Origin: an uncultured delta proteobacterium
GTDB taxonomy: Bacteria; Myxococcota_A; Polyangia; Polyangiales; JAFGIB01
DNA length: 64,000 bases
Assembly: GCA_963778655.1 (NCBI GenBank)
Contig: CAVZVA010000008.1
Span: 128,001-192,000 of the forward strand
Reading direction: 5' to 3'
This document shows, piece by piece, positions 1 through 9,814 of the stretch. Numbering within the stretch: the stretch's first letter is position 1; every line of letters starts with the position of its first letter. The translations under genes and the position numbers were made by a program. Under the pieces are notes generated by a model that searched no databases, was not told the origin of the DNA, and was given only the letters and a program-made list of their open reading frames with translations.

Positions 1-98
1 GCCGTAGCGCCTGGCGGCAAACGGGTTGTTGAGATCACAGCAAGACGTCCGGGTTCCGAGCGCTTGTGCAGATGCAGGGCCTCGGTCAGAGTGCGCGC

Positions 99-1448
99 AT
101 GCGTTGTGGCTGGGTTGCGCGCTCAGCGCTGCAGGGCCGGGCCTGGCTCGCCCTGGGGGCGTTGCTGTTGGGCTGCTCGGGCGCGCGCGCGCCCGAGCGC
201 AAGTCCAAGACCGACGCCGGGTCCGCCGCCGATGCGGCCCCGCGCGACGCGGCGGTCTCGGACGCCGGGCCGGACGCCGCCGTCGAGCTGGACGCGGGCG
301 TCGAGGCAGTCGATGCCGCGGCCGACGCGGGCGCGCAGCGCCTGCCGCCGCCGGTCGCAGGCGAGGATTCGCTGTCCTTCGACCCGGCGCTACCGGCGGC
401 GGATGGAACGCTCAGCCTCGACTTCGACCTGCCCGTCGACGCGGTCTCCTTTGTGCTCACGGCCGACCCCGGCGGCACGCCGCGCGAGATCGTGCTGCTG
501 CAAGTCACGGCGCCGGACGGGACCGTCCTGTTCGACGCCAGCGTGCAGGGACCTCAGCCGTTCGACCCGGGGGTGAGCAGCAGCGTGAACGACGCGCTGC
601 CCTACAGCGTCATGCTGCCGAGCTCGCCCGAAACGCCGTTCGCGAGCGGCCGCTACCGGGTGCAGCTCGGCGTCGCGAACGCGCCTGCGGGCGCGCCCCG
701 CCAGCTCGCGATCGACGTGGTGTGGAAGCGCGCGGCCGAACCGCCCTCGAGCGGGCAGATCGCGCTTGCGCTGTGGTTCGTGCAGGGCGCCATGCTCGAC
801 GCCACGACTGCGCACAGCGACCCCTACCTGCAGCCGGCGCTCGGCGTGATGCACGACATCTATGCCGGTATGGGTGTCGAGCTGGGCCCGATCGAATACC
901 ACGAGCTCGACGGCGCGCAGGCCGCGTCGCTGGTGGCGGTGCAGGACGCCGATCAGCTGGCCGAGCTGCTCTCGCTGGTGGGCGCGCGGGCTGCGCCGGG
1001 TTCCGGGCTGCCACTCGTGTTCGTGGACGACCTGCAATCCGCGCCCGGTACCACGGTGCGCGGCAAGGCCAGCGGGCTGCCCGGCCCGCCGCCGCTGTCC
1101 GGTGCGCGCCGGCTCGGCGGCGTGGTGATCGCGCTCTCGACGCTGCCGGTGACCTCACGCGGCATCGGCGAGTTGCTTGCCCACGAGACCGCGCACTACC
1201 TGGGACTGCGGCACACCAGCGAGTACGACGGCGTGCGCCACGATCCGATCGCAGACACCCCCGAGTGTCCGGCCGACCGCGCCACCCACACCGCGGCCGA
1301 CGGCACCGCGCTGCTCAGCGCCGAGGACTGCTCCGACCTCGACGGCACCAACCTGATGTTCTACACGCCGCCGGTGCTCGGCACCTCGCAGCAGATCGTC
1401 ACGCCCGGCCAGGCCTTCGTGCTGTTGCGGAACCCGCTGGTGCGCTGA
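99..1448 (+). CDS. Secreted metzincin-type zinc metalloprotease lipoprotein (M43/pappalysin-like)
   Basis: Lipobox LLLGC; HETAHYLGLRH zinc motif (HExxHxxGxxH); downstream NLM Met-turn. Start uncertain (66 or 99). Confidence 0.75.
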   Translation: MRCGWVARSALQGRAWLALGALLLGCSGARAPERKSKTDAGSAADAAPRDAAVSDAGPDAAVELDAGVEAVDAAADAGAQRLPPPVAGEDSLSFDPALPAADGTLSLDFDLPVDAVSFVLTADPGGTPREIVLLQVTAPDGTVLFDASVQGPQPFDPGVSSSVNDALPYSVMLPSSPETPFASGRYRVQLGVANAPAGAPRQLAIDVVWKRAAEPPSSGQIALALWFVQGAMLDATTAHSDPYLQPALGVMHDIYAGMGVELGPIEYHELDGAQAASLVAVQDADQLAELLSLVGARAAPGSGLPLVFVDDLQSAPGTTVRGKASGLPGPPPLSGARRLGGVVIALSTLPVTSRGIGELLAHETAHYLGLRHTSEYDGVRHDPIADTPECPADRATHTAADGTALLSAEDCSDLDGTNLMFYTPPVLGTSQQIVTPGQAFVLLRNPLVR

Positions 1449-1453
1449 GCGAC

Positions 1454-1492
1454 AAAAGAAGAGGGCGGCTCCAGCTAGCAGGAGCCGCCCTC
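1454..1492 (-). terminator. Intrinsic terminator of the minus-strand lipoprotein gene, possibly bidirectional
   Basis: Perfect stem GAGGGCGGCTCC-N8-GGAGCCGCCCTC (1461-1492) with AAAAGAA on its left (U-tract on the minus strand), between convergent genes. Confidence 0.75.
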
Positions 1493-1566
1493 GGATCCGC
1501 ACCAGGGCGGGGTCGCGGGTGCCGGGTCGCTTCAACAGCGACCCGGTGTCCGCGCGCTATGTCCGA

Positions 1567-3849
1567 TCAGGTGCCGTGGCAGAGCACCTGGTCGGCGGGT
1601 AGGGCGCTTCCGCCGCACATGAACTGACCGTTGGAAAGCTCGCAGCTACCTGGGGCTGGATCGCCGTAGTTCAGGCAGTCCTGGCCGCTGAAGCGCGGCT
1701 CGCAGGTCTCGCCCACGCCGAGGCGGGCCGTGCACTTGCCTGCGTGGTCGCCGTCCGCGTACTTGCAGTACAGGCCGTCGCCGCAGGTGTCCATGGTCGC
1801 GTCGGCGATGTCGCAGTTGTCACCCTCTGCGAGCGGGGCGGCACAGGTCGTGCCGGCGCACCAGCCGCTCTCGCAATAGGCGTCAGAGCCCGGGCAGGTG
1901 ACCCCGTCGGGGTACTTGCCCACCGCGTGACACTTGTTGTCGGATTGACACGATACCGGCGGAGAAGCCTGCGAGTCGCATTGCAGGCCGCTGGTGTCGC
2001 AGTCGTCGCCTTCCTCGCCCAGCACCCGGCACTGGTAGTTGGGCGTGTTGCTGGCGTTGTAGTAGCAGTAGTTGCCCGGACCGCAGTTGTGGCTGCTGTC
2101 GCTGCCGGTGCAATCGGCGTTGAGCGCCACGTAGTCTGTGCAGTTGCCGCTGCCCGAAGTCGGGCAGAACTGGCCCGCGGGGCACTCGACGTCACGCCCG
2201 GAGGTGCAGGCCGCGTTGGCCGCGACCTTGGGCGCGCAGTTCGTGTTGTTGAGGTTGCAGTAACCGCTGCTGCAGCTCGCATCACGTTCGGCGGTCGAAT
2301 ACCCGGAGTTGCCGCACGCGTTGGTATCGGCGATCAGCGGCTCGCAGAAGTAGTCGTAGTTCGGCGGGACCGTCGCCGTCGTCTGGTCGCAATAGTATCC
2401 AGTGGCGCAGCTCGCCGGGCTGGTGGTGGTATCGCACGGTGTGGCGCACTTCAGGTCCGTGCCGCAATGGCCGCTCTCGCACAGTGCATCCACGCCGGCC
2501 GCGGTGCAGTCCTCGCCGTCTGCCTTGAGGGCCGCGGCGCACAGGAACTTGCCGCTGGTCGAGTCGAGCGCGCAGCGTCCGCTGGAGCACTCTTGGTAGT
2601 TACTGCCGCTCGTGCACGGATCGCCTTCGGCGGTCGGCGGCCGGCACAGGCCGAGGCTGTACGAGGTCCGCATCGACGGGTACTCGGTCACGTTGCAGAC
2701 TGTGCCATCCGGACAGTCGAAGCCGCTGCCGTTGGCGGAGCAGAACGCGCCTTCGCTGCAGTAGGTCACGCACTTCTTGCTGGTCGGGTCGCAGGTCAGG
2801 CCGGGCTGGCAGGCCATGGCCGCCACGGCGGCGTTCTGCGGGCTGAATCCGCCGGCCACGATGTTCGTGATGGTGTCCACGTACGAGCAATCGTCGCCCT
2901 CCGCGCCCCGCGCCTGGCACTTGCCCGTGGACGTGTTGCAGAACAGGTCGCCGTCGCACTCGCTGTTGTTGGTGCAGCGCTGGCCAGCTTCCGCCGGCTT
3001 GACGCAGATGCCGCCAGTGGCGCCCGTGCTGCGGCAGACCAGCCCGTCGCCGCAGCCCGAAGGCAGCGGGCTCGGCAGCGTGCCGCAGCTCTCGCCCGCC
3101 TTTTGCAGGCCCTTGACCAGCACGTCGATCGCGCACGGGTTCTTTTCCGGTGTCGCGCTGGACGGTGTGCAGTGCTCCGCGGTCACCTCACCGGTATCGA
3201 CGAACTTGTTGCACTCACGCTTGTCGAGATCGGCCACGCAGCTCTGGATGGCGGTTGCGTCGAGCGTGATCTTGATCTGGGTGTCGTTGAGCGCCTGGGC
3301 GATTTTGACCACCGCGTCGATGATCGGACCGTTGCCGTCGAGGAAGTCGGGCGCAAAGCCGTTGTTCACCAGATCGACGAAGGTCTGGGTGCAGTCGTCC
3401 ACGCTCTGGATGCCCGGGCCGAACTTGTAGGCGAGCTCGTTGGAGCTGCAGCAGGTGGTCTCGTACGTGCAAGCCTCTTTGATCAGGTCCTGCACCCCGG
3501 TCTGGACCAGGTCGATGCCGTCGGGAATGCACGACTCGGTGACGCTGCAGGATTGTGGGTCGGGGTTTTCGAGGCTCGACACCCGGCCGGTCAGATCATC
3601 GACGCTCTTGCCCACGTCGCCGACCTGCTTGGACACGTCGTCGATCATCTGACCGAGATCCATCGTGTCCTTCTTGAGGCTGTCGACGCTCTTGTTGGTG
3701 TCGTCCAGGTTCTTGCTGAGCTGACTGAGGTCGTTGGTCATGCTCATGCCGCCGTCGTCGCTCGTCTTGCCCGCGTTGTTGCTGCTGCTGCACGCGGCCG
3801 CGAGCGAGGTCGCGCAGACCATACAGGTGAGCCATAAGAATCGTTTCAT
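1567..3849 (-). CDS. Cysteine-rich repeat lipoprotein with N-terminal coiled coil (myxobacterial, Dickkopf-like repeats)
   Basis: Signal/lipobox MKRFLWLTCMVCATSLAAAC; heptad segment LSQLSKNLDDTNKSVDSLKK; many G(E/D)xC-x-C-x-GxxC repeats. Confidence 0.75.
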   Translation of the reverse strand: MKRFLWLTCMVCATSLAAACSSSNNAGKTSDDGGMSMTNDLSQLSKNLDDTNKSVDSLKKDTMDLGQMIDDVSKQVGDVGKSVDDLTGRVSSLENPDPQSCSVTESCIPDGIDLVQTGVQDLIKEACTYETTCCSSNELAYKFGPGIQSVDDCTQTFVDLVNNGFAPDFLDGNGPIIDAVVKIAQALNDTQIKITLDATAIQSCVADLDKRECNKFVDTGEVTAEHCTPSSATPEKNPCAIDVLVKGLQKAGESCGTLPSPLPSGCGDGLVCRSTGATGGICVKPAEAGQRCTNNSECDGDLFCNTSTGKCQARGAEGDDCSYVDTITNIVAGGFSPQNAAVAAMACQPGLTCDPTSKKCVTYCSEGAFCSANGSGFDCPDGTVCNVTEYPSMRTSYSLGLCRPPTAEGDPCTSGSNYQECSSGRCALDSTSGKFLCAAALKADGEDCTAAGVDALCESGHCGTDLKCATPCDTTTSPASCATGYYCDQTTATVPPNYDYFCEPLIADTNACGNSGYSTAERDASCSSGYCNLNNTNCAPKVAANAACTSGRDVECPAGQFCPTSGSGNCTDYVALNADCTGSDSSHNCGPGNYCYYNASNTPNYQCRVLGEEGDDCDTSGLQCDSQASPPVSCQSDNKCHAVGKYPDGVTCPGSDAYCESGWCAGTTCAAPLAEGDNCDIADATMDTCGDGLYCKYADGDHAGKCTARLGVGETCEPRFSGQDCLNYGDPAPGSCELSNGQFMCGGSALPADQVLCHGT

Positions 3850-4196
3850 CACCGGGTTCCCCTCGTCGAAGGCTGGAGAGATTGGAAGAGCCTGCTGCGC
3901 AAACACGCGCAGCGCAGTCGCCGATGGTAGTGCCTCCGTAAGGATCGCGCCATCTAGGAATCGCACCGGTCGATCGCGGACGCGGGCCTTGCCTCGCGGG
4001 CCAGTCCTGCGCGCCGTGCACGGAGTGCGGCGCCGTTCACGGGTTGTGGCTCACGCTGCACGGCCTGCGCAGGCGCAGTGTTCGTGATCCCCCCGCTCGC
4101 CGGGTGGGAGCCAGTCCTACATCTGCAGAGTCCGAGTGCCTCGCGGGGCCGGAGCGAGGACGAAGCCGTTCCTGGACGCTTCGGATCGGAAACTGC

Positions 4197-7100
4197 CTAC
4201 AGGACCTGGTTGCACAGATAGGTCATGTCCCAGCTGTGCACCACCGGTGGGGCCGTGAACGGTGGCGTTCCGGTCAGGTCGATCTGCATCCGAATGAAGC
4301 TCTGGAAGTTGCCGGCGCCGAGCACGCCGCCGATGTACACCGGCTGACTGCTGAAGACGCAGCGCTGGGTCGCCATGTCGCAGGAGGCGTTGGCCGCGCA
4401 CTGGCTGTTGTCGGTGCAGCCGCCCGCGGTTGCGATCTGGCACACGGAAAGCGCCGTGTCGCAGTAGCCCTGGGGGCAGTCGGCGGTGGTGGTGCAGGTC
4501 CCGCTGCCGGTGACGGTGGCGATCTCGTGCGGCGTGCAGGTATCCAAGTCGGCCTGGGTCTGCGCCGTGCACGCGCTGAATGTGACCGTCGTGTTCCCGT
4601 ACACATCCGCGTTCCAGCTCAGGTCGCGCCAGTCGGGCGCCTGGTTGCCGGTGCAGCCGGGCGAGCCCGAATCCTGCCAGTAGGTGCCCTGGCTGTAGTA
4701 CTGCGTGGGAGGCGGCGGACCCATCGCAGGCGCCTCGGGGATGATGTAGATGGGCACCTTGTCGACGATGAACTGGTTGTCGCCGATCAGCTCCGCGCGG
4801 AAGTTGTAACCGCCCTTCGGGTCGTTCGGGTTGAGCGGCACCGAGCTCGGGGCGTCCGGATTCTCGAAGGTGATGCGAAAGCGCGGGGTCGCGCCCGGCG
4901 CGCACTTCTGGTGAGTGATGCCGACCACGCCCTGGCAGCCGTCGCCGGCCTGATCGACGGCCGTCACGTTGACCACGAAGCCGGGATTCGGATCGGGGTC
5001 GAACAGCACGCGCACGCTCACGTTCATCTCGAGGTACTTGGCCAACTCGCCCACGGCGCCGACCACCGCGTTCGACAGCCCAGTGCCATCGCTATCGATG
5101 TCGAACACCAGCGGCTGTAGGTTGGCGCCGAGCGCGTTGCTGGCGTTGGCGAGCGAGACCGCTTGCGCGCGGGCGTGCACACAGTCGTGGCTGAAGCCGT
5201 TGTCGCCGTTGACCGGGTCGTCGTGGCACGAAAGAATCGTGATCACGTGGGCCTCGGTGCTCTGGATCGCGGCCAGGGTGGTCGACCAGTCCGGCGGGGT
5301 GTAACTGTCCGTGTGCGTGGTACCGCCGCCCAGACTGAGCTGGTAGGCGCCTTTCTCGCTGCCGTTCTTGCCCTTGAGCGCGACGTAGTACGTGCCCGGG
5401 TTGAGCGTCTGTGTGATCTTCGAGGTGCTGTAGCTCGAGCCATTGTCGTTGCAGGCCGTGCTGGACAGCGGGCGGTTGGCCACGTCGCGCAGCGCCAGCG
5501 AGTAGGCGCCCTTGGCGGAGGCGCTGTGGCCCTTGAGCGTCAGGTAGTACGTGCCTGGATTGAGCACGCGCTCCAGAGAGGACGTCATCGACGGGCCGCC
5601 GTCGTTGTCGCAGGCGAGAATGCTGTAGGGCTTGTTGGTCTCGTCGCGGATCTGCAGCTTGTACGCGCCCTGGTCGCTCGCGTTGCGGCCCTTGACGATT
5701 ACCTTGTAGGTGCCCGCGGGGAGGTCGCGCTCGATCAGCGAGCTGGGGTTGTCGCCGCCGTTATCGTCACATTGGACGATCGCGCCCGACGACGCGACCG
5801 ATAGATCCTTGATGTTGAGCTTGTAGCTGCCCGAGTCGCTCGCGCTGTGGCCCTTGAGCATCACGTAGTAGTCGCCCGCGGGCAGCGCCGTTTGCGTGAT
5901 CTTGCTCTGGGTGCCGCCTCCGCTGTTGTCGTCGCAGGCGAGCACGCTGGCGCCGCTCGGCGGGTGGTTGACGTCGAGCACGCGCAGCGCGTACGAGCCG
6001 CTCGAGCTCCAGCTGCCGCTCTCGACGATGAACCAGTAGTCGCCTGCCGTCAGATCCTGCTCGATCCTCGAGGAGCTGTCGGAGCCCGAGATGTCGTCGT
6101 TGCAGGCGATCTCGCCCAGACTGTTCCACCAGCTCAGATCGCGCAGCCGCACGTTGTAGGAGCCCGAGTTGGAAGAGGAATAGCCGGTCACCACGAGATT
6201 GTAGGTGCCGGGCGAGAGCGTGGTCGTGATCTCGGAGGTGTAGCTGCCGCCGCTGTCGTCGTCGCAGGTGATCTGGTTCGAGCTGGTGGTGCTCGCAGCG
6301 TTGTCCTTGACGACCAGGGTATAGCTGCCGGCCGAGTTGGGGCTGGTGCCCTTGAGCATGATCGCGTACGTGCCCGAGGACAGGTTCTGGGTGAGCGAGC
6401 TGTCGTTGCAGCTCTGGTAGCTCCAGTTCGAGCCCGAGCGCTTGTAGAGCTGGATCACCGGGGTGAAGCCCGAGCCGCTGCTGGTCACGGTAACGCTCTT
6501 GCTACCCGAGCCGGTGATCGCAAAGGTGAAGAACGAGTCCTCGGCGTGCTTGTTGGCGCTGCAGTTCTGGTCGTTGGAGTCGTCGTCCGCGCCCGAGGTG
6601 CTGCCGCTGAAAAGGAAGGAGTTGCCGTTCAGTGTCCCCATGTCGTATGCGGAGCCGAACGTCTTGTTCGAGTTGCCGACGTCGGTCGCCGGCGCGGCCG
6701 TGCTGATAGTCGACGGGTAGAGGCCGAGCTCGGTGTCCCAGGAGGTGCCGACGGTGTCGAGCTGCACCTGGGTAGTGCTGCTCACAGTGAACCGGAAGAC
6801 AGCGTCCCTGGCCTGTCCGTCGCTGCCGCAGCCGATGTTGTAGTCGTGGCTGAGCGAGCCGTCGTTGCCGGTGAACACCAGGCTCTTGTTGTTGATGTTG
6901 CCGACCGAATAGGCCGTGCTCTCGGTGTCATTGCTGTTGCTCGGCAGCGCCGCGCTGGTGTCGCTGCCCGGCCCCTGCTGCAACGACAGCAGGGTGTCGT
7001 AGCTCGAGCCGTCGAGGTCGACGCGCACGCGGGTGTCGCTGTTCAGGTGGAACTTGTAGGCCACGTCCGGCGAGTTGTAGCGACCCCAGCCGCCGCACGA

Positions 7101-9716
7101 GACCGTGCCGCTTCCGTAGTCCGAGCTCCTGCCGTTGGTGCTGCCGCCAGTGACGCGGATGTCCTTGCTGTCGATGGTCCCGAGGTCTGTCGCGCTGGCG
7201 TAGCTCTCGTTGTTATTGCGGGCTGTCTGGTAGCTGGCCGCGTCGAAGGCCGTGTTGTAGAGCCCGATCGCGGTGTCCCAGTTGGTGCCGATGGTATCGA
7301 TCTGCACGTCCTTGGGGGCGTTCAGGTGGAACTTGAACACCGCATCCCGCGACGAATCGCTCGAGCTGCAGCCCATGCCCGAGTAGTCGGCGTTCATGCC
7401 GGCGGTCGATCCGGTCAGGCTGAATATGTGCCCGTCGAGCGTGCCCGCGTCGAACGCGGTGCCCTGCAGATCGTTGCTGCTGGGCACGGACTGCGAGCCC
7501 ACCGGGCTGGCTCCGTCGTCCGAGAGCGCCAGCACGGTGTCGAACGAGGAGCCTTCGCTCGAGATACGCACCCGGGTCGGGTTCGAGAGGCTGAACGAAT
7601 ACACGACGTCCTTGGACGCATCGGCGGCCGAGCAGCCGATTTGTGTGCCGGAGTAGTCCGCCAGCAGCCCTGCGCTCGAGCTGTCACCGCTGAAGGCTTT
7701 GATCTGGTTGTACACGTCGCCCACGGCGTACGCGCTGGCGTAGTTGTCGTTGGTGTTGTTGATCGCGGTGTAGCTCGGCGGCAGCGCGGGCGCGGCGGCG
7801 TACAGCCCGAGCACGGTGTCGAAGGCCGAGCCCGAGGTGTCGATCGCGACGTCGGTGCTGGCTGACACGTCGAAGCTGAACACCGCGTCCGGAGAGGCGG
7901 TGGCCGCGCCGCAGCTGCCGGTGTCCGACCACTGGTAGTTGGCCGTCATGGCGGAGGTGTCGCCGCTCACGCGCAGGTAGTTGTTGTGCACGTCGCCCAG
8001 CGAGAGCGCGTTGCTGCCGGCATTGTTGCCGTTGCCGCTCGCCGGCAGGTCGGTCGGCGAGCCCGGAATGCCGCTGAACAGACCCATCACGGTATCGAAC
8101 TGCGAGCCGGTCGACTCGATGGTGACGGACTTCTGTTGCGTCAGGTCGAACTTGAACACCGCGTCGTTGCCCTGGTCGCTCGACAGGCAGCTGCCGAACA
8201 TGCTGGCCGGCAGGTCGGCCTGCATGTTGGTGGTGTCGCCGGTGAAGGTCTTGTAGCTGGTGGTCAGGTCGCCCAGGGCTGCGGCGCTGGCGAAGGTCTC
8301 GTTGCCGGCCGGCAGGGGGTTGTACTGGTTGTCGCTGCCGGCCGTGATCGAGAAGCTGCTCGGGCTGTAGGCATAGGTGTTGGTGTCCGGACCGTTGTGG
8401 AACTCGGCGTCCGTGAACATCACCACGATTGGAATGGCGTTCTGCCGGAAGCAGGGATAGCCCCAGGTGAGCGACGGGCAGTCGGTGCGCGGCGGCACGC
8501 TGTGCTTGGTCGTGCCGAAGTACATTCCGCTGCCGGTGAGCAGGTTGTGCAGCCCGATCATCGACGCCTCGGGCCAGTCGTTGTTGCCGACGGTCTGGAA
8601 GCGGTTGATCGCCGCCAGCACCGCGTCCACGTCGCCGGTGATGTCCTGGTAGTTGCCAAAGGTGACCTGATCGTCGTTGGCGTAGCCCGAGAACGGGATT
8701 TCGCGGAAGAAGCCCGCGCCGAAGTTGGCGTCGCGGATCTTGCACTTGATCGCGCCCACGATGCCCTGGGTCTTGAGCTCGTTGTTGGGCTGCCTGTCGA
8801 AATCGTAGTCGGCGCAGTTGTAGCTGGCGTCGTTGACGAAGTCGCCGGTCGTCAGATCGTGCTTGATCTGATCGCGCTCCTCCGCCATCGACCCGGTCTG
8901 GTCGACCAGGAAGTACACGTCGGCCGAGTTCAGGAAGAAATCGAGATCGATCTGGCCCGTGCCGGTCTGTCCCGGGGGGATCTGCAGGAAGATGGCCGGG
9001 TTCGCGGTCGCGAACGGGGGCGTGGTCGGGTAGGGGTCGTAGTCGTTGGGAATGCCGTCGCAGTCGAGATCCTCGCCCACGCCCAGCGTGCAGCCGGTGG
9101 AGCTGGTGACCACCGACTGCCCCGCGTCGGTGCTCGGCGCACCGGCGTCGGGGTTTTCGGCCAGAGTGAGTCCGCCGCCCGGCACGAAGCTCACCGTGGT
9201 GCTGTTGTCGTTGTCGAGGCCGCCATCGACCGGATCGAGGTTGTCGGTGATGCGGAAGCACTTGACGTTGCAGTCGTTGCACTGCACCGCGCCCGCATCG
9301 GGGTCGATCAACGCGGTCTGCTGGGCCGCCTGCGGCAGCGGATAGTCGTAGATCGATTCGCAGCCCGACCACTTGCCCTTGCGGCAGTAGCGCGTGCCCT
9401 CGTGGCACATCACGGTGCCGTCGCCCGCCTGGGTCTTGTCCAGAAAGCAGCTCACGGGCTGGGTGCCGGGCGTGCAAGCGCAGCCGTCGTTGGGCAGCGC
9501 GCAACGCAAGCAGCCCTGGTGGATCGCGGGATCGTGGTCGTCGCAGTCGGCGCCCGCGCTGCAGTGCTCGCCGTAACCGTCCTGATCTCGATCGACGCAG
9601 ACCTGCGGCGCCGCTGCAGCGCCGCTTGCGGGCGCGGCCGCCGAGGGCGTGCCATTGCTCGCGGCGCACGCTGCGAGCGCAAACAGCCCCAGGCCCAGGG
9701 TCGATCGACATTTCAT
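4197..9716 (-). CDS. Giant surface lipoprotein: MopE-like Cys/Asp motif, beta-integrin-like vWA domain with inserted PPC-like repeats, Cys-rich C-terminus
   Basis: Lipobox LAAC; DRDQDGYG..DCDDHDPAI motif; MIDAS-like DVYFLVDQTGSM, GNNDWPEA, TDAEFH; 7+7 half-repeats (see findings). Confidence 0.8.
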   Translation of the reverse strand: MKCRSTLGLGLFALAACAASNGTPSAAAPASGAAAAPQVCVDRDQDGYGEHCSAGADCDDHDPAIHQGCLRCALPNDGCACTPGTQPVSCFLDKTQAGDGTVMCHEGTRYCRKGKWSGCESIYDYPLPQAAQQTALIDPDAGAVQCNDCNVKCFRITDNLDPVDGGLDNDNSTTVSFVPGGGLTLAENPDAGAPSTDAGQSVVTSSTGCTLGVGEDLDCDGIPNDYDPYPTTPPFATANPAIFLQIPPGQTGTGQIDLDFFLNSADVYFLVDQTGSMAEERDQIKHDLTTGDFVNDASYNCADYDFDRQPNNELKTQGIVGAIKCKIRDANFGAGFFREIPFSGYANDDQVTFGNYQDITGDVDAVLAAINRFQTVGNNDWPEASMIGLHNLLTGSGMYFGTTKHSVPPRTDCPSLTWGYPCFRQNAIPIVVMFTDAEFHNGPDTNTYAYSPSSFSITAGSDNQYNPLPAGNETFASAAALGDLTTSYKTFTGDTTNMQADLPASMFGSCLSSDQGNDAVFKFDLTQQKSVTIESTGSQFDTVMGLFSGIPGSPTDLPASGNGNNAGSNALSLGDVHNNYLRVSGDTSAMTANYQWSDTGSCGAATASPDAVFSFDVSASTDVAIDTSGSAFDTVLGLYAAAPALPPSYTAINNTNDNYASAYAVGDVYNQIKAFSGDSSSAGLLADYSGTQIGCSAADASKDVVYSFSLSNPTRVRISSEGSSFDTVLALSDDGASPVGSQSVPSSNDLQGTAFDAGTLDGHIFSLTGSTAGMNADYSGMGCSSSDSSRDAVFKFHLNAPKDVQIDTIGTNWDTAIGLYNTAFDAASYQTARNNNESYASATDLGTIDSKDIRVTGGSTNGRSSDYGSGTVSCGGWGRYNSPDVAYKFHLNSDTRVRVDLDGSSYDTLLSLQQGPGSDTSAALPSNSNDTESTAYSVGNINNKSLVFTGNDGSLSHDYNIGCGSDGQARDAVFRFTVSSTTQVQLDTVGTSWDTELGLYPSTISTAAPATDVGNSNKTFGSAYDMGTLNGNSFLFSGSTSGADDDSNDQNCSANKHAEDSFFTFAITGSGSKSVTVTSSGSGFTPVIQLYKRSGSNWSYQSCNDSSLTQNLSSGTYAIMLKGTSPNSAGSYTLVVKDNAASTTSSNQITCDDDSGGSYTSEITTTLSPGTYNLVVTGYSSSNSGSYNVRLRDLSWWNSLGEIACNDDISGSDSSSRIEQDLTAGDYWFIVESGSWSSSGSYALRVLDVNHPPSGASVLACDDNSGGGTQSKITQTALPAGDYYVMLKGHSASDSGSYKLNIKDLSVASSGAIVQCDDNGGDNPSSLIERDLPAGTYKVIVKGRNASDQGAYKLQIRDETNKPYSILACDNDGGPSMTSSLERVLNPGTYYLTLKGHSASAKGAYSLALRDVANRPLSSTACNDNGSSYSTSKITQTLNPGTYYVALKGKNGSEKGAYQLSLGGGTTHTDSYTPPDWSTTLAAIQSTEAHVITILSCHDDPVNGDNGFSHDCVHARAQAVSLANASNALGANLQPLVFDIDSDGTGLSNAVVGAVGELAKYLEMNVSVRVLFDPDPNPGFVVNVTAVDQAGDGCQGVVGITHQKCAPGATPRFRITFENPDAPSSVPLNPNDPKGGYNFRAELIGDNQFIVDKVPIYIIPEAPAMGPPPPTQYYSQGTYWQDSGSPGCTGNQAPDWRDLSWNADVYGNTTVTFSACTAQTQADLDTCTPHEIATVTGSGTCTTTADCPQGYCDTALSVCQIATAGGCTDNSQCAANASCDMATQRCVFSSQPVYIGGVLGAGNFQSFIRMQIDLTGTPPFTAPPVVHSWDMTYLCNQVL

Positions 9717-9814
9717 ATAGCTGTTATTTTACAGTATCAATCGGAGCGAGCAAGGGCATGGCCCGCTGTGGGTGTCTGTCGCTCGAGGTGGTTGCTGCGG
9801 AGTCGGCCCGCTGG

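Noticed and set aside
9721..9734. LexA-box-like CTGT...ACAG upstream of the giant lipoprotein
   Set aside because: The spacer is 6 nt, not the 8 nt of the CTGT-N8-ACAG box, and there is only one occurrence.
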